Shown here: positions 37,601-48,971 of the stretch, piece by piece
How positions within the stretch are numbered: the first letter of the stretch is position 1
Layout: every line of letters starts with the position of its first letter
Assembly: GCA_964035545.1 (NCBI GenBank)
Contig: OZ037769.1
Span: 11,624,633 to 11,688,632 of the forward strand
Source: Bugula neritina
Taxonomy: Eukaryota > Animalia > Bryozoa
Length of the DNA stretch: 64,000 nucleotides
Direction of reading: 5' to 3'
Made by a program: the position numbers and the translations under genes
The notes under the pieces: model-generated
What the model saw: only the letters and a program-made list of their open reading frames with translations
Told to the model about the DNA's origin: nothing
Databases searched by the model: none

Positions 37601-40600
37601 AGGGATATGTTTTTTAATTTGAATGTATAACAGTGCTGAGTTTGCATATGTCTTGTTTTGAATATTTCATAAATTGTTTTAGCTTTGTATATATACAATG
37701 TTTTATCCCCACATATAATGTATATTGTTAATTATTATTGTTATTATTGTTTTTTCAAGTAGCTTGTTTTGTTTGCAGTATATAGTATAATGTAACAAAT
37801 TTTATCGTGCAATCTCATTATATTTAATATGTACAGAATAATCATCTTGCAACAATAGAAAGAATTATATACATGTCCATTATATTACAGCATATTGGAG
37901 CTAACAAATCTTCGGATACTGAATGTGTCAAGGAATTGGTTGTCTAATAATCTACCAGATGACATATTCACATCTTTACAATCACTTAAGAAGTTGGATA
38001 TCAGTGGTTGCCAACTCAGCACTCTACCAAAGAGGTGTGTACTGTATATATAATTAATTATAGTAGAATGAGACTGTATGCTGTCCTAAGTATTCAAAGG
38101 AATATCTACCTCATTATGTAAATTGTGTGCATGTTATAATATAAGACTGCATTAATAGCAGATTATACAGTGTAATGAATGTGTTGTAACATTAAAAGGA
38201 ATTATATACATTTCTGTTACATTACAGCATAACTCAACTGAGAAATCTTGAGATACTGAATATGTCATGGAATTTTCTGTCGGATAATCTACCAGATGAT
38301 ATATTCACATCTTTACAATCACTGAAGGAGTTGGAAATCAGTTACTGTAGTCTCAGGACTCTACCAAAAAGGTGTGTACTGTATATTATATTCATAACAT
38401 AATATTTATCGTATAATCAGGCTGTATAATGTCCTAAAAAACTCACTTTCCCGCCTCTTCATTTATAGCTTTGATCTTTCATCACCTCAGCACATAAATT
38501 ACATTTAGAAAAGAGATGATTATTTCTAAATTGCACTGCATCCAGGTAGTACTAGGGCTAGGCTGATCTTTGTAACCACTGAAATCAAGAACTAGGATAC
38601 ACAACTTTGTATATGTAAACATTTTTGATTAATGTTCATACCTATTTAAATTAAAGCTTAGTTTCTGCATGTATAACACCTGTAGTGCATATATGAATAA
38701 CAGTGAGTGGTTTGAATATAAAAGGTTTAATTTGCACAAACAGCAGTGGGTATTTTTCATGCTTAGAACTTCATATTTTTTAAAAAAAAAGAATCTACAG
38801 TCAAACTACCTCATTCTGGCAACTTTATACAACAAGTCATATTCTATTGATATTTAATCAAGATGACTTTAAACGGAAAAAGCATATTGGGTTAAATTTT
38901 AATTATTCCTGACCTGAATGAAACTCAAAGTAGTTGCAAAAATGCTGTACTAGCGGATGATAGAATCAGTAGTCTAATTATGTGATATTTGTGTATCAAG
39001 TTTTACCATAAATTTGATGTTTTACACGGTCAGTGATTTGCTTTACTCTGTTCTCTAAACTTTAGCTCACAGTCATTTTATTTTAGTATGCAGAACCTTA
39101 AGAATTTAGAGAGGCTCGACATATCAGGCAATGAATTCACTAACATTCCACCTTCTGTGTACACATTGAGAAGTCTGCAAGAGCTGAATATATCCCACAA
39201 TAACCGTCTGAAGTCTCTAGACCCTGAGATACTACAGCTGAATCAGCTTCATGCACTGAAGGCAGAAAAGTGTGATGCTCTCACAACTCCTCCACTAGAA
39301 GTGCGTAGAGGCGGATTAAATGCTGTGAGACAATATTACAAGGATTTAGCTAAAGGCTCCGGAAAGAATATCCCATTCGCTACAGTTGCTATACTTGGTA
39401 ATACAATGGCAGGAAAGACAAGTTTAGTTAGAACACTGCAAAGCCGTGAAAGAAGAAGAATTTTGACTGACAGAAGCCCAGAAGCTGACGTGGATGAGAC
39501 AACACAAGTATTCAATGTTCAAGAAGTTGAAGTAGATGGCACAGTGCTGCGTGTCCTTGACATGGGGGGACAGGAAGTGTATCACGCGACATATCAACTC
39601 ACTTTGAGACAAAACTGTATACCAGTTGTTGTAGTCAATATGGAAAAATATGACAGCCTTTCTACTAAGTTTTCCAGTAGAGAGGCTGTCAGAAGATTAG
39701 CCTTTGACTACATGTCTCACCTCTATCTGGCCAATCCAGCTCTTGGTGCACCTAAGCTCATCTTGACTCATAGAGACAAATTTACGAGCACCAAATTTCT
39801 AGAGAAAAAATCATCGTTTCTCAACTTGGTGAATCAAATAAGTGCTGAGATTGTTAAAGAAGAGATAGAGGTTGGTGGCGAGTTTTGTCGAATTCAACAT
39901 TTCAAGGAATCAGCAGGTGGAATCTTCATTGATGATGATATTTATGAAGTTGGAATCAATGATGAATATGAAGTGTTCGACCAGATCAAGAAATCTCTTT
40001 TTCAAAGCAGTCAAACTTTTGTCAAGCCTCTGCCTTTGGTTTGGGAAAAAGTGAATGAGAAGGTTCTGCTTTTAAAATCTGGCTACAACTCATTCTGGTT
40101 TGTTCTGGCTATGCTAAGACAGCAAAATCTACAACTTGAATTTGGTCAGCTGGACATTATTCTTACTTACATGCACGATTGTGGTAAGATTCTGTGGTAC
40201 AAAGATCTGGATACCCTGAAGCCTTACATCTTCCACAAGATATCAGAAGTTACCAAACTTTTAACAGTTCTGTATCATCATGATCCCAGTGTGTGGAACA
40301 GCCGACATGATCAGTTCCTGCCATTTCTTTCTGGTCATAAAACCTTTGAGATACAAGATTTCGAAGCAGCCGTAAGTCAATTCACTGAAACCAGTATTTT
40401 AACACAGAATCTCTTAAGCTATTTGATAAAAACTCAGACCGAATTCAGGAACCACAATGATGTGGAAGTTGCTATTTGCCTTCTCAAGACTTTCCACCTG
40501 CTGCACGGTCCGTTGCATCATCAATCTGGTGATGAATCCACCGAATTGTGTTTCATTGCACCGCAATTTGCTAGAGAATACTTGAATATTGAGTACCAGT

Positions 40601-43600
40601 CACCAAAACGCATGTGCCTCCATGTTGGAATTCTGTTCAATGGCCTAGCGTTACCACACTATGTTTACCATCAGATGACTGTTGGTTTACTAGAGCGGTT
40701 TCCTGATGAAGTTGCTGATATCAAAGTCAAGAGAAACGGGGTTGATGTGTATCAAGATGAAATATACACGAGGCTGGTACACGACTACAAGTCAAGAAAA
40801 GTGCTTTTATTTGTCTCATCAGATGCAGAAAACATCTGCAAAATGTGGCAGATATTGACTACTTCTACTAACAGCATCCTCAGGCATGTTTTAGAAACAT
40901 GGCCCGCATGCAGACCAGTCCCAACAGTTCACTGTGGTCACTGCTTGTTGCTAGGCAACCCTCATCCTATAAAGAAAACATCACCTCAGTGGTGTCTTCG
41001 CTCTGTAAACTCGGCTGTTCCTCGTGTCAAATCATATAAAGGATCCTCAACAATCAAGTGTCAAGGAGAAGTAATCCCTGCTGCTTTACTCTATCCATGT
41101 ATGTTGATTTCGGTTAATTAATTAACTCGTTTATTTATTATGAATATATAAATAAGTTCTGGGCCATGATGCTGATTTACTAACATTTAGACATCGTGGT
41201 TGTATATGATATATATTTTGCACTCTGAGATATACTTTATATAATATAAATGTGTAAAAGATCTCATTGAATCCTATATAATGCAGCTCATAAAGCTCTT
41301 TCTCTTTCCTCTATTGATAAGTATTTTATGCACATGAATATTTTCATGCGAAATATATTCACTCAAACTGTAATTGCTGCCTAAAAATCTGTAAGTTATT
41401 GAATATCGCATAAACAAGTTTTCAAATAGTTTGCTTTATTGCATAGCAAAGCCTTATTCCATGTTATCAAATGAATATTTCTTTTTACCACCTCCCTTTA
41501 ATCACAATCTGAAGAATCTTTGCTTTATTTTGTCATTAAACCATCTTATCAAATTACAGGTGAGACTCTGTCAGAAGCTGATTCTGAGAAGTTTAAAAGT
41601 GCTGTCAGTGAATTGATTGCCAGAGGAGAGAGAAATCAACCAGATACTTCAGGTAGAGAAATGCATATTATTATATATATGGCTGAGCCACTAAATCTAA
41701 CTCTTGGTAAAAATGGAGATGTGTGATTTCTAGATGTTGCAGTGCCTTTAGTTTGGTTACCTTTGCAGTTCCATTGTATGCTAGACTACAACTTTATAGA
41801 GTAACACTTTTCAAAGTAATCTTTTGAATCTAGAATCCATAGCAGTACCTTTGTAGGCTGTTTAGTTCCAATTCCTTGTTTAAATCAATCATACATTGTA
41901 TAGAATCTAAATTTCAAGACATTAACTCTGTTGCACTAAAAAACTGGTACATGATTTTGTGTTCTCCAGTTGAAGATAACGACCAATCAGATCTGAGAAC
42001 TGAGGAGGTTACAGCCAATGATGATCTGAGTGATCTCTCTGATGAAGACGAGTATTTGTACCCTGATGAAGAGAAAGGTGTGCAAATGAGGTTCATAAGA
42101 CCCAAGCTGGAAACGACTACAAACTTGAAAATCAAGCAACTTTTTTCCAACACCGATAAGGTAATATTTCATATAATCTAACATAATATTTAAAGGCAAA
42201 CAAGTGAAATACATATGTAAAATATTTTTATGTAACAAATCCTTATTTCCAGTTTATAACTGCAGGTGTACAGTATGACACGCAAGAGAGGAAGAGCTCT
42301 GATAATAAACAACAAGAACTTTGATAAGAGACCAGATCTGTGTAGGGCAGGTTCAGATGTTGATGTGAAGAATATGTCTGTAATGTTGAAGGATTTCAAA
42401 TTTGATGTTGTGACTCACACAGATCTGAAAACAGAGGTAAGCATGGTGACAGTTTCTACTGAATATAAGCCTATGGTTTTCGTATTGGCATGTAAACATG
42501 TTGTAAAGCTTGGTAACTAGTCAATATTCTGAAAGCCCAATACTCTGAAGGTTCATTGCTCCGAATCTGGTTGTTTATTAAAATAGCACTGTTATTATTT
42601 TTATCTCCTAGAGACCTAGACCTATATGTATTGCATTACAATTAGTCAAGAATTACCTAAAGTAATGTTTTATTTAAATAATTTTCTCTAGTGCTTTATT
42701 TCTATTTCCGTACTGTTTATTTTTTGCATCATCTCCATAACAAATTATGTAACTTGAGAGTTGAATGTCCTGCATAAATTTCAAATTGCACTAAGCTCAG
42801 TATATATGCATGCAAAAATATTGGCAAAAAAGCCTGATTTATAAATTGTTATTCTTAGTAGAGTCTAATTATAAAAAACTGTGCAGTAGTCTCGATGACT
42901 TTAAAAGCTATTCTACTTCTACAACTTATTACTTTAATATATGGTGCAACAACTTGTTTCAGTTAGTGCGTACTAGACAAATATATGTGGACTAATAGAC
43001 CTTCGGAGCAATGGGTCTTTGGAATATTGATTCGTTTCTGTGAAGCTTGCTGACTCAGCATTTACCAACGCATAGTTAAAGGCAGTTTCTGTAGGAAATT
43101 CTGCTTTCTACAAAGTGCAGGTATCTGGTAGAATAAAAGCATTATTCAGCTAATTTAGTAACCAGCCACAAAACTTTCCAGGCTATTCTGTCTACCATCA
43201 AAGATGAAGTTCAACGTGAGGAACATGAAGATCTGGGATGTCATGTGTTGGTTATAATGACTCATGGGGGTGTAGGTGGTTTCATTTATGGAGTAGATAT
43301 GAAGAAAGTGAGTCTCACTCATGTGTATGACCTGTTGACCCCACTGAACTTTCCCGGAATGTCTGGGAAACCAAAGATTGTCATTCTGGAAACTTGCAGT
43401 GGAAGTAAGTGTTTCCTTCAGTAGAAAGTGCTTCGAGAGAGGATTGAAAGTAACTTGCAGATTACTCTAAGCTTTATCTGCTATCAATTTAGTTTATTGC
43501 TTAATCTGCTATCAATTTAGTTTATTGAATAATTGTAATTTAGTAATGGATGGGCAATTTTTTGTTTTAAGTGGGTTTTTTGTTTAAATAATTGATAAAT

Positions 43601-46600
43601 CAGCTGTAAGATTTATGTCAATCATGTTAAACCAGATATTTGGCATCACATAAAGAATATATTGATTCTAAACTTGTATAAAATGATATCACAGCTAGGA
43701 TAGATGTTGGGAACAGAGGCATAGACTCAGCACCCAATGTTGGACAAGCTCAGATAGAGCATGCTGAAATCATCTCACCCTCCCCTACCAGAACCCAAAC
43801 CGTTGAGAATACCGAGTTTAAGAATAAGAAGAGCTCTGGTGATTTGCTAGTAGCTGAATCTCCCACTGAGTGTGAGTAGCACAGCTATGCTTTTTTAATA
43901 AATCCTCATAATTGAAAATAGTCCTACTTTTCTCAAGTAATAGGAGTGTTCACAATGTTACTTTGTTTACCATTAAGACAATTTTGGCTTTATCATTTCA
44001 CAGTAAAGTAAATAATTTGCACTAAGTGGTGGCCTATGCTCACTTGGCAGTGTCTATAAGCATAACCAGTTTATTTCACAGCTGGGATAGATGCTGGCGA
44101 CAGAGACATAGGCCAAGAACCTGGTGTTGGACCAGCTCAGATAAAGGATGCTGGAATAGTGTCACCTTCTCCTGCTGAAAAACAAGAGATTGAGAATCCT
44201 GAGTCTAAGATTAAAAAGAGCTCTGATGATTTGCTAGTAGCTCAATCTATCCCAGAGTGTGAGTAGAGCAGCGATTGATAATTTTAATAAATCGTTATGG
44301 TTAATGTCACTATATTCTTCAAGCATTATAAACACAGATAGTTTTTTGCAAATCACTTCTTCTGTACATCTTTGAATGTGCATTTCACAATAAAGTGAAT
44401 AGTTTGCATTCCATACTGGATGAAAAAAATTAATATCTACTAAAAAATGAGCATTTGTTTCACAGCTGGAAAAGATATTGGTGACAAAAGCATAGACCCA
44501 GTACCTGATGCTCTACTAGCTCAAAAAGAGGATGGGAAGACAGGGTCGCCCCTTCCTGTTAGAATTCCAGGAGATAAAGATGCTGAGGCTATGACCAGAC
44601 TGAACTATGATGATCTGCTAGTAGTGAAAGCTAGCATGGAGTGTGAGTCTACTCAGTGTTGTATTTCTGTATGCATCTTCCCTGAACTATATTTACTAAC
44701 TGAATAATAGACCTCATAGAGGGTGAAGAGGTGTACTGGGGAATGCTACATATTTTTGACAGGGGTGGGCAACTTCTTTTGCTCATGGCCAAGTTCAGAG
44801 GTCAGCCAAAACAAAGAGCCACGTGGTTGTACACTTATTAAATTTGCTGTGCTGTGCTGTGCTGTGCTAATCAGAACAAAAATGACAGTTTTTACTTATC
44901 TTAAGGATTAAAAGGGTCACTGAAAAATGGGCAAAGGGCCACAAGTAGTGAATAGTAGACCACATGGAGGGTCAATAGGTGTACTGGGAATGTTATAGCT
45001 CTGTAGTCAGTATCCACTACTTGCAACACTATACTGATTGTTAATATAATAACCTGGCCAGGTTCCATATTCTCATCACGATGTGTCCCAATTTAATCTC
45101 TGTTTCAGTATTTCAGTGTCAATATTAACTATTGTAGCATTTACATCAAAGATACATCCTGTGTATGGGTCGCTAATGGTTAGAGCTCTTGTTTCTTCAA
45201 TGTATAGACATTCCGGTCACCATGATCTCTGCACTATATTCAAACAAGTAAGTTTACCAGTTTAATTTCTGTAATACAGGCTCCCTTAGCCTACCCCAGA
45301 AACAACGGTTGTATTGGTTTTGTAGCAATGATGAAGGACATTCACTTGTTCCAAGCTTCAAATAAATGATTTTTCATTTGATGTTTAGAAACAGTTGCAT
45401 CCATTGAAACCATATAACCATAATCATAGGATCATGCTAACTGCAACCACAAACTCAGCCTTATGAACCTCCATTTGAATAGTCTAAAGTCATGGTAACT
45501 CAGTAAACCAATCTCTCCCATGACTAACCATTTTTCTCCCAGTATAGTTACAGCAGCCATCACAATGCAACAAGCAAACGTTGTTGTATAAAGAGAATAG
45601 CATGTCAATAGGTGGGCGTGTCTTGTAGTGTATTGCAAAAGACATAGGGCCCTTTCGGATTCCCTATACGTAGCCTACTGGGCTCATCGATGAATTTGCT
45701 CACTTTCTCTCTGTCGAGTACCCTTCGATGAGCTTCTTTTTCGATGGGGTATGCGTTCGCTACTGAATGCATCGCGTAGGGGTGCACGTAGCACCCATCG
45801 AGTAGAGCAATTAATTTTTGATATGACCTTCGACCTTAACTGGCTGCACAAGTATTGACATTTATTTTCATAGCACACACTGGGCGGGAACTACTAATTT
45901 TAATAGTATTATCATTATTATGCGCCCTTATTCCAGCTTTCTCAGTGAAAAGATGCTAAAAAAGTTTAAACCTTACTATCAGCATGTTGTTTTTATCATG
46001 TAGCTGAGCGTGTTTAAAATTTTGTCAAATAAAGGTAAATTATTTATTTTCTGTTCTCAAGAGACTTTGAACCTTCAAAACTATGCAATGGTTTGCTGCC
46101 CACAGTAGAAGTGAATTCCCTCAAATCATTTTGTGTTACAATATTTTGCTTGACTACTTTATGGTTTTTACCCAACTTTGATGTACTTTCAGTATGAATA
46201 GTTAACTCTGCTTGCTTCATTCTACTGCTAGAAAGCTTTTAGTTTAATAGAGAGGTAGCTCTCCTTGAAAGCTTTAGCGTAGGGCCACACGACGCGTTTT
46301 ACACGTTCGTGATGTTCGAGAATACACGCTAGTGACCTGCCTTATGCCCATGACACACTACAGTCGAAACGGCATTATGCCCATGACACACTACAGTCGA
46401 AACTCGACTGTGGCGGCCATTTTGGAGCTGCTCGCGCATGTCTTTAACATCACTTCCTACTTTTTGCTGGTCACACTACAGTTCACTACAAACGATGAAA
46501 GCTAACTGTCTCTAGCCCCGCAGTAAACTTTTAACCAATAGGAATTTTGTAGATTAGTTTCTGCGGTATCCACAGCAACCAAAAAATCAAATTTAGCGCA

Positions 46601-47802
46601 ATTTATTGAGATTTACTAGCATAATTCAATAACATTTGCTATTTGTTTTTATCTTAATTTACTAGCTTCACTTATTCAAAATTACTAGCTTCATTTAATG
46701 AGATTTACTAGCTTTATTCCATCGCTTTCGCTAGCATAAAGAATATAATATGCTAATAAAATTCAGCCAAATTAGAATAACCAAATATGCTGATGAAATT
46801 TAGCCAAATTTATCTGCTAAATATTTATTTTCATGGTTAATTTTTATTAAGATGTGCATACATAACTTCATCATAATTATTTCAAAAGTAAAATAATAAA
46901 GTTTTCGAAGAACCAAATCAAATAATAATGCTCGCTAGTAGCACGTGAGATAAGTAAAAGCCCTTAACCAATCAGGGCTTACCTGGCCAGTCAGTGATTG
47001 GCTGATCGCTGAATGCTGAAGTTGAGCGTTCGACATGTCAAACTCTCATCGCATCGCGAAAAACTGACAGTTGCGTTCAGAATTCAGACAGTTGTGACGT
47101 CACAGAGGTCAACGCTTAGCCTCGAAAACGCGTTCACAGTCGCGTTTCGACTGTAGTGTGGCAGCCCCAATACACAGTACGTGTGTTGCGAGTGCAAAAA
47201 TTTATTAGCCAATGATGTTAGCGTTAAACTTTACTGCTCGCCTACAGGCGTTTGTTTTTAAAACTACGTCATCGGCAAAGTGATTTGGATATTATAAAAG
47301 CGGAAATGCCAACTATATAAAACTGTGCTCGCTAAATATCACATGGTAATAAGCCAATTAGATCAAACACGCACGAGCGTGCCGCTGAGTTCGCTCAGCA
47401 TGCATGCTAGACGCATGAAAATCTCGCTCATTATGTCCAATTTTTGGGCTAAACGTGATTTCTTGCACAGCAACAAGGCTTATAGTAGCACTCATACTTT
47501 CCACTATGACATCATCCTTCTGTCTGAGTATCAAAAGTTAGAATTCTGGGATATTTGACTCATGTCACATGACTCGTAGTCACATAGCTTCAAGTCATAA
47601 ACTTTTTTCTTAGAAATGTAAATTGTTGAAACTTACAGTTAATTATGATTATGTTTAGGTACAGACTAAAGTCAGGAAACTGTGCCTAGAGAAAAGGTTA
47701 GACAGTGGACAGCTGGTTGTAGCCTGGGATACTCTCACTCACATGAGAAAACTTTACCTGTTTCCTGGTTTCAATGGATACAAAAGAGATGATAACTCTT
47801 AA
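25610..47802 (+). CDS. LRR-ROC-COR-caspase fusion protein (Roco-family GTPase with C-terminal caspase), about 1640 aa
   Basis: Phase-compatible GT/AG exons: 25610-25619 (ATG, tentative), 33974-34070 (tentative), 34125-34208, 34378-34482, 34676-34819, 35415-35558, 35752-35895, 36098-36241, 36835-36978, 37155-37298, 37891-38034, 38228-38371, 39087-41098, 41560-41652, 41970-42160, 42266-42436, 43182-43404, 43695-43871, 44082-44258, 44466-44642, 45138-45247, 47659-47802. Total 4923 nt, divisible by 3, no internal stop. Confidence 0.85.
27751..31905 (+). pseudogene. pol: Gypsy 3 pol (PR-RT-RH-IN), frameshifted
   Basis: Protease FLLYTGCTTNLL (catalytic D>Y), YLDD, LDTDAS and integrase core; several frameshifts and stops; close homolog of element 1. 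Confidence 0.92.
32436..33177 (+). repeat. 3' LTR of Gypsy 3
   Basis: TGTAATGG...TGATACA, TATATAAAAG at about 32955, and a CCGA/TCGG motif array at 32783-32925. Confidence 0.8.
34378..38371 (+). repeat. Tandem array of LRR cassette exons (1 x 105 nt and 8 x 144 nt, all phase 2-2)
   Basis: Each 144-nt exon encodes two LRRs (48 aa), consensus IxxLxNLEILNxSxNxLSNNLPDDxFxSLQSLKELxISxCxLxTLPKS. Introns are either about 176-202 nt or about 592-595 nt and near-identical within each class. Confidence 0.95.
39087..41098 (+). CDS. Large exon encoding the last LRRs, ROC GTPase and COR domain
   Basis: LRRs ending PPLEVRRGGLNAVRQYY (Roco pre-ROC motif), P-loop GNTMAGKTS, G3 DMGGQ, G4 THRD, COR motifs PLVW and YMHDCGKILWY. 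Confidence 0.92.
42266..43404 (+). CDS. Caspase large (p20) subunit exons 42266-42436 and 43182-43404
   Basis: YSMTRKRGRALIINNKNF...RAGSDVD; catalytic His in VIMTHG; GKPKIVILETCSG carrying the catalytic Cys. Confidence 0.92.
43695..44642 (+). CDS. Three paralogous 177-nt phase 1-1 exons (L1, L2, L3), each encoding the caspase intersubunit linker plus the first p10 strand
   Basis: 43695-43871, 44082-44258 and 44466-44642 each begin cacag|CT and end GAG T|gtgagt; all are open; they end GDLLVAESPTE, DDLLVAQSIPE and DDLLVVKASME. Confidence 0.88.
45138..47802 (+). CDS. Caspase small (p10) subunit exons 45138-45247 and 47659-47802
   Basis: FTSKIHPVYGSLMVRALV...HDL..IFKQV...Q....DTLTHMRKLYLFPG matches the p10 pattern. 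Confidence 0.88.
46275..47465. mobile_element. Copy-specific intronic insertion of nested Harbinger-like MITE sequence
   Basis: Absent from the paralogous intron at about 1795; inverted repeats CACACTACAGTCGAAAC / GTTTCGACTGTAGTGTG. Confidence 0.65.
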
Positions 47803-48971
47803 ATATGCACTATAATATATACTTCATTCTATGTTCTCAGATCATAGTAGTGTACTTGTTAAACCTATGCTGATGAACAGTTTACAGTATTGACTTTATA
47901 AGATTCCAGAAATTATTGTGCGCTATGGCAATAGCATTCTGATGAAACTAATAGCCATTCTATTGCAATCATGCTGTATGCGTGACACACATATATGTTG
48001 ACTAATTTGTATACATTTTCATGATTTTGATAACATATTCATCATATAATGTATCCAGTTACAGCTGTTTATATTTATCATGATGCTGCATTTTACTAGA
48101 CTATGAGGTTTTAACATTCATTTTATTATTAATATACAAATTTCCATTGTAGGTTTGTTCTATAATTATGTTAGATTTCACTTAAATTCTGCATATAATC
48201 TCTGCTACCTAAATAAACTGAATAATATCCCAGAATGAAACATTTGAACAATTGTAATCACGCATTATAACAAGAATAGTAACAAAATTATTCACTTCTA
48301 TAATGCTTTATACTTGATGATGTTGACAAGTACTATTAGTGCTTGCATGAGGTCACATGATCTGGCATGTCATGGTGGAAACTGACTCACTCTATATTAC
48401 TGGCATATTAGTTGAAAGCTCTGCCAATGAATAGGAAGCTTCTCAATATGTAGACTGCAAAATGTGGGATGTTGCTATAATTTACTCTAAGTGTTTGGAG
48501 TTGTCCTTTTTTCAAGTCATCAGCAAGGCTTGCTGCCGATTGGCATGACTCAATACCCACTCACCATCTTTGCCCAAAATACGAAACAATTTTTGTTTGA
48601 AAAAAAACTAGCTATTGCAAAAAGTTACTTGACTCAAAGCTACATGACTATAGCAAAATAACCATAAAAATTTAATATGCATGGCAAGAAATAAGTGGGA
48701 GTTTTCTCCTAACTACAGTATAGTCCTATCATAGTCCAGGCTGCATGTAGCCATTATCAGTTCTCTTGAGTCTGTAGTCAGTCTATTCACCTGTTACTGT
48801 TTTCTATATACAAATGCATTCTGCTCTTAGTCTGCAGTTATAAAGATACCACGTACTTGGCTCCATTTCAGTACATGTCTACTTTTAAGCTTTAGCTGTA
48901 GTATAGGGGACCAAGCTGTTGCTATGTTACCGCACTATAGCTAGATTGCTGAGTGTATGTACAGTGGCTAA

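Larger units (their letters stand above)
44146..48383 (+). repeat. Tandem (segmental) duplicate of window 1-2757
   Basis: Collinear exons, introns and 3' UTR; similarity stops at GGTGGAAACTG (about 2757 and 48383). Confidence 0.95.

Noticed and set aside
34378-38371. Regular repeat/spacer pattern as a CRISPR array
   Set aside because: Eukaryotic context; the units are spliced LRR exons with duplicated introns
39088-41121. Stand-alone 677-aa MFHAS1-like gene as given by the ORF track
   Set aside because: The ORF starts 1 nt after a phase-2 acceptor matching the LRR exons and has a phase-1 donor at 41098/41099 that continues in frame toward the caspase; treated as an internal exon, though a short isoform is not excluded
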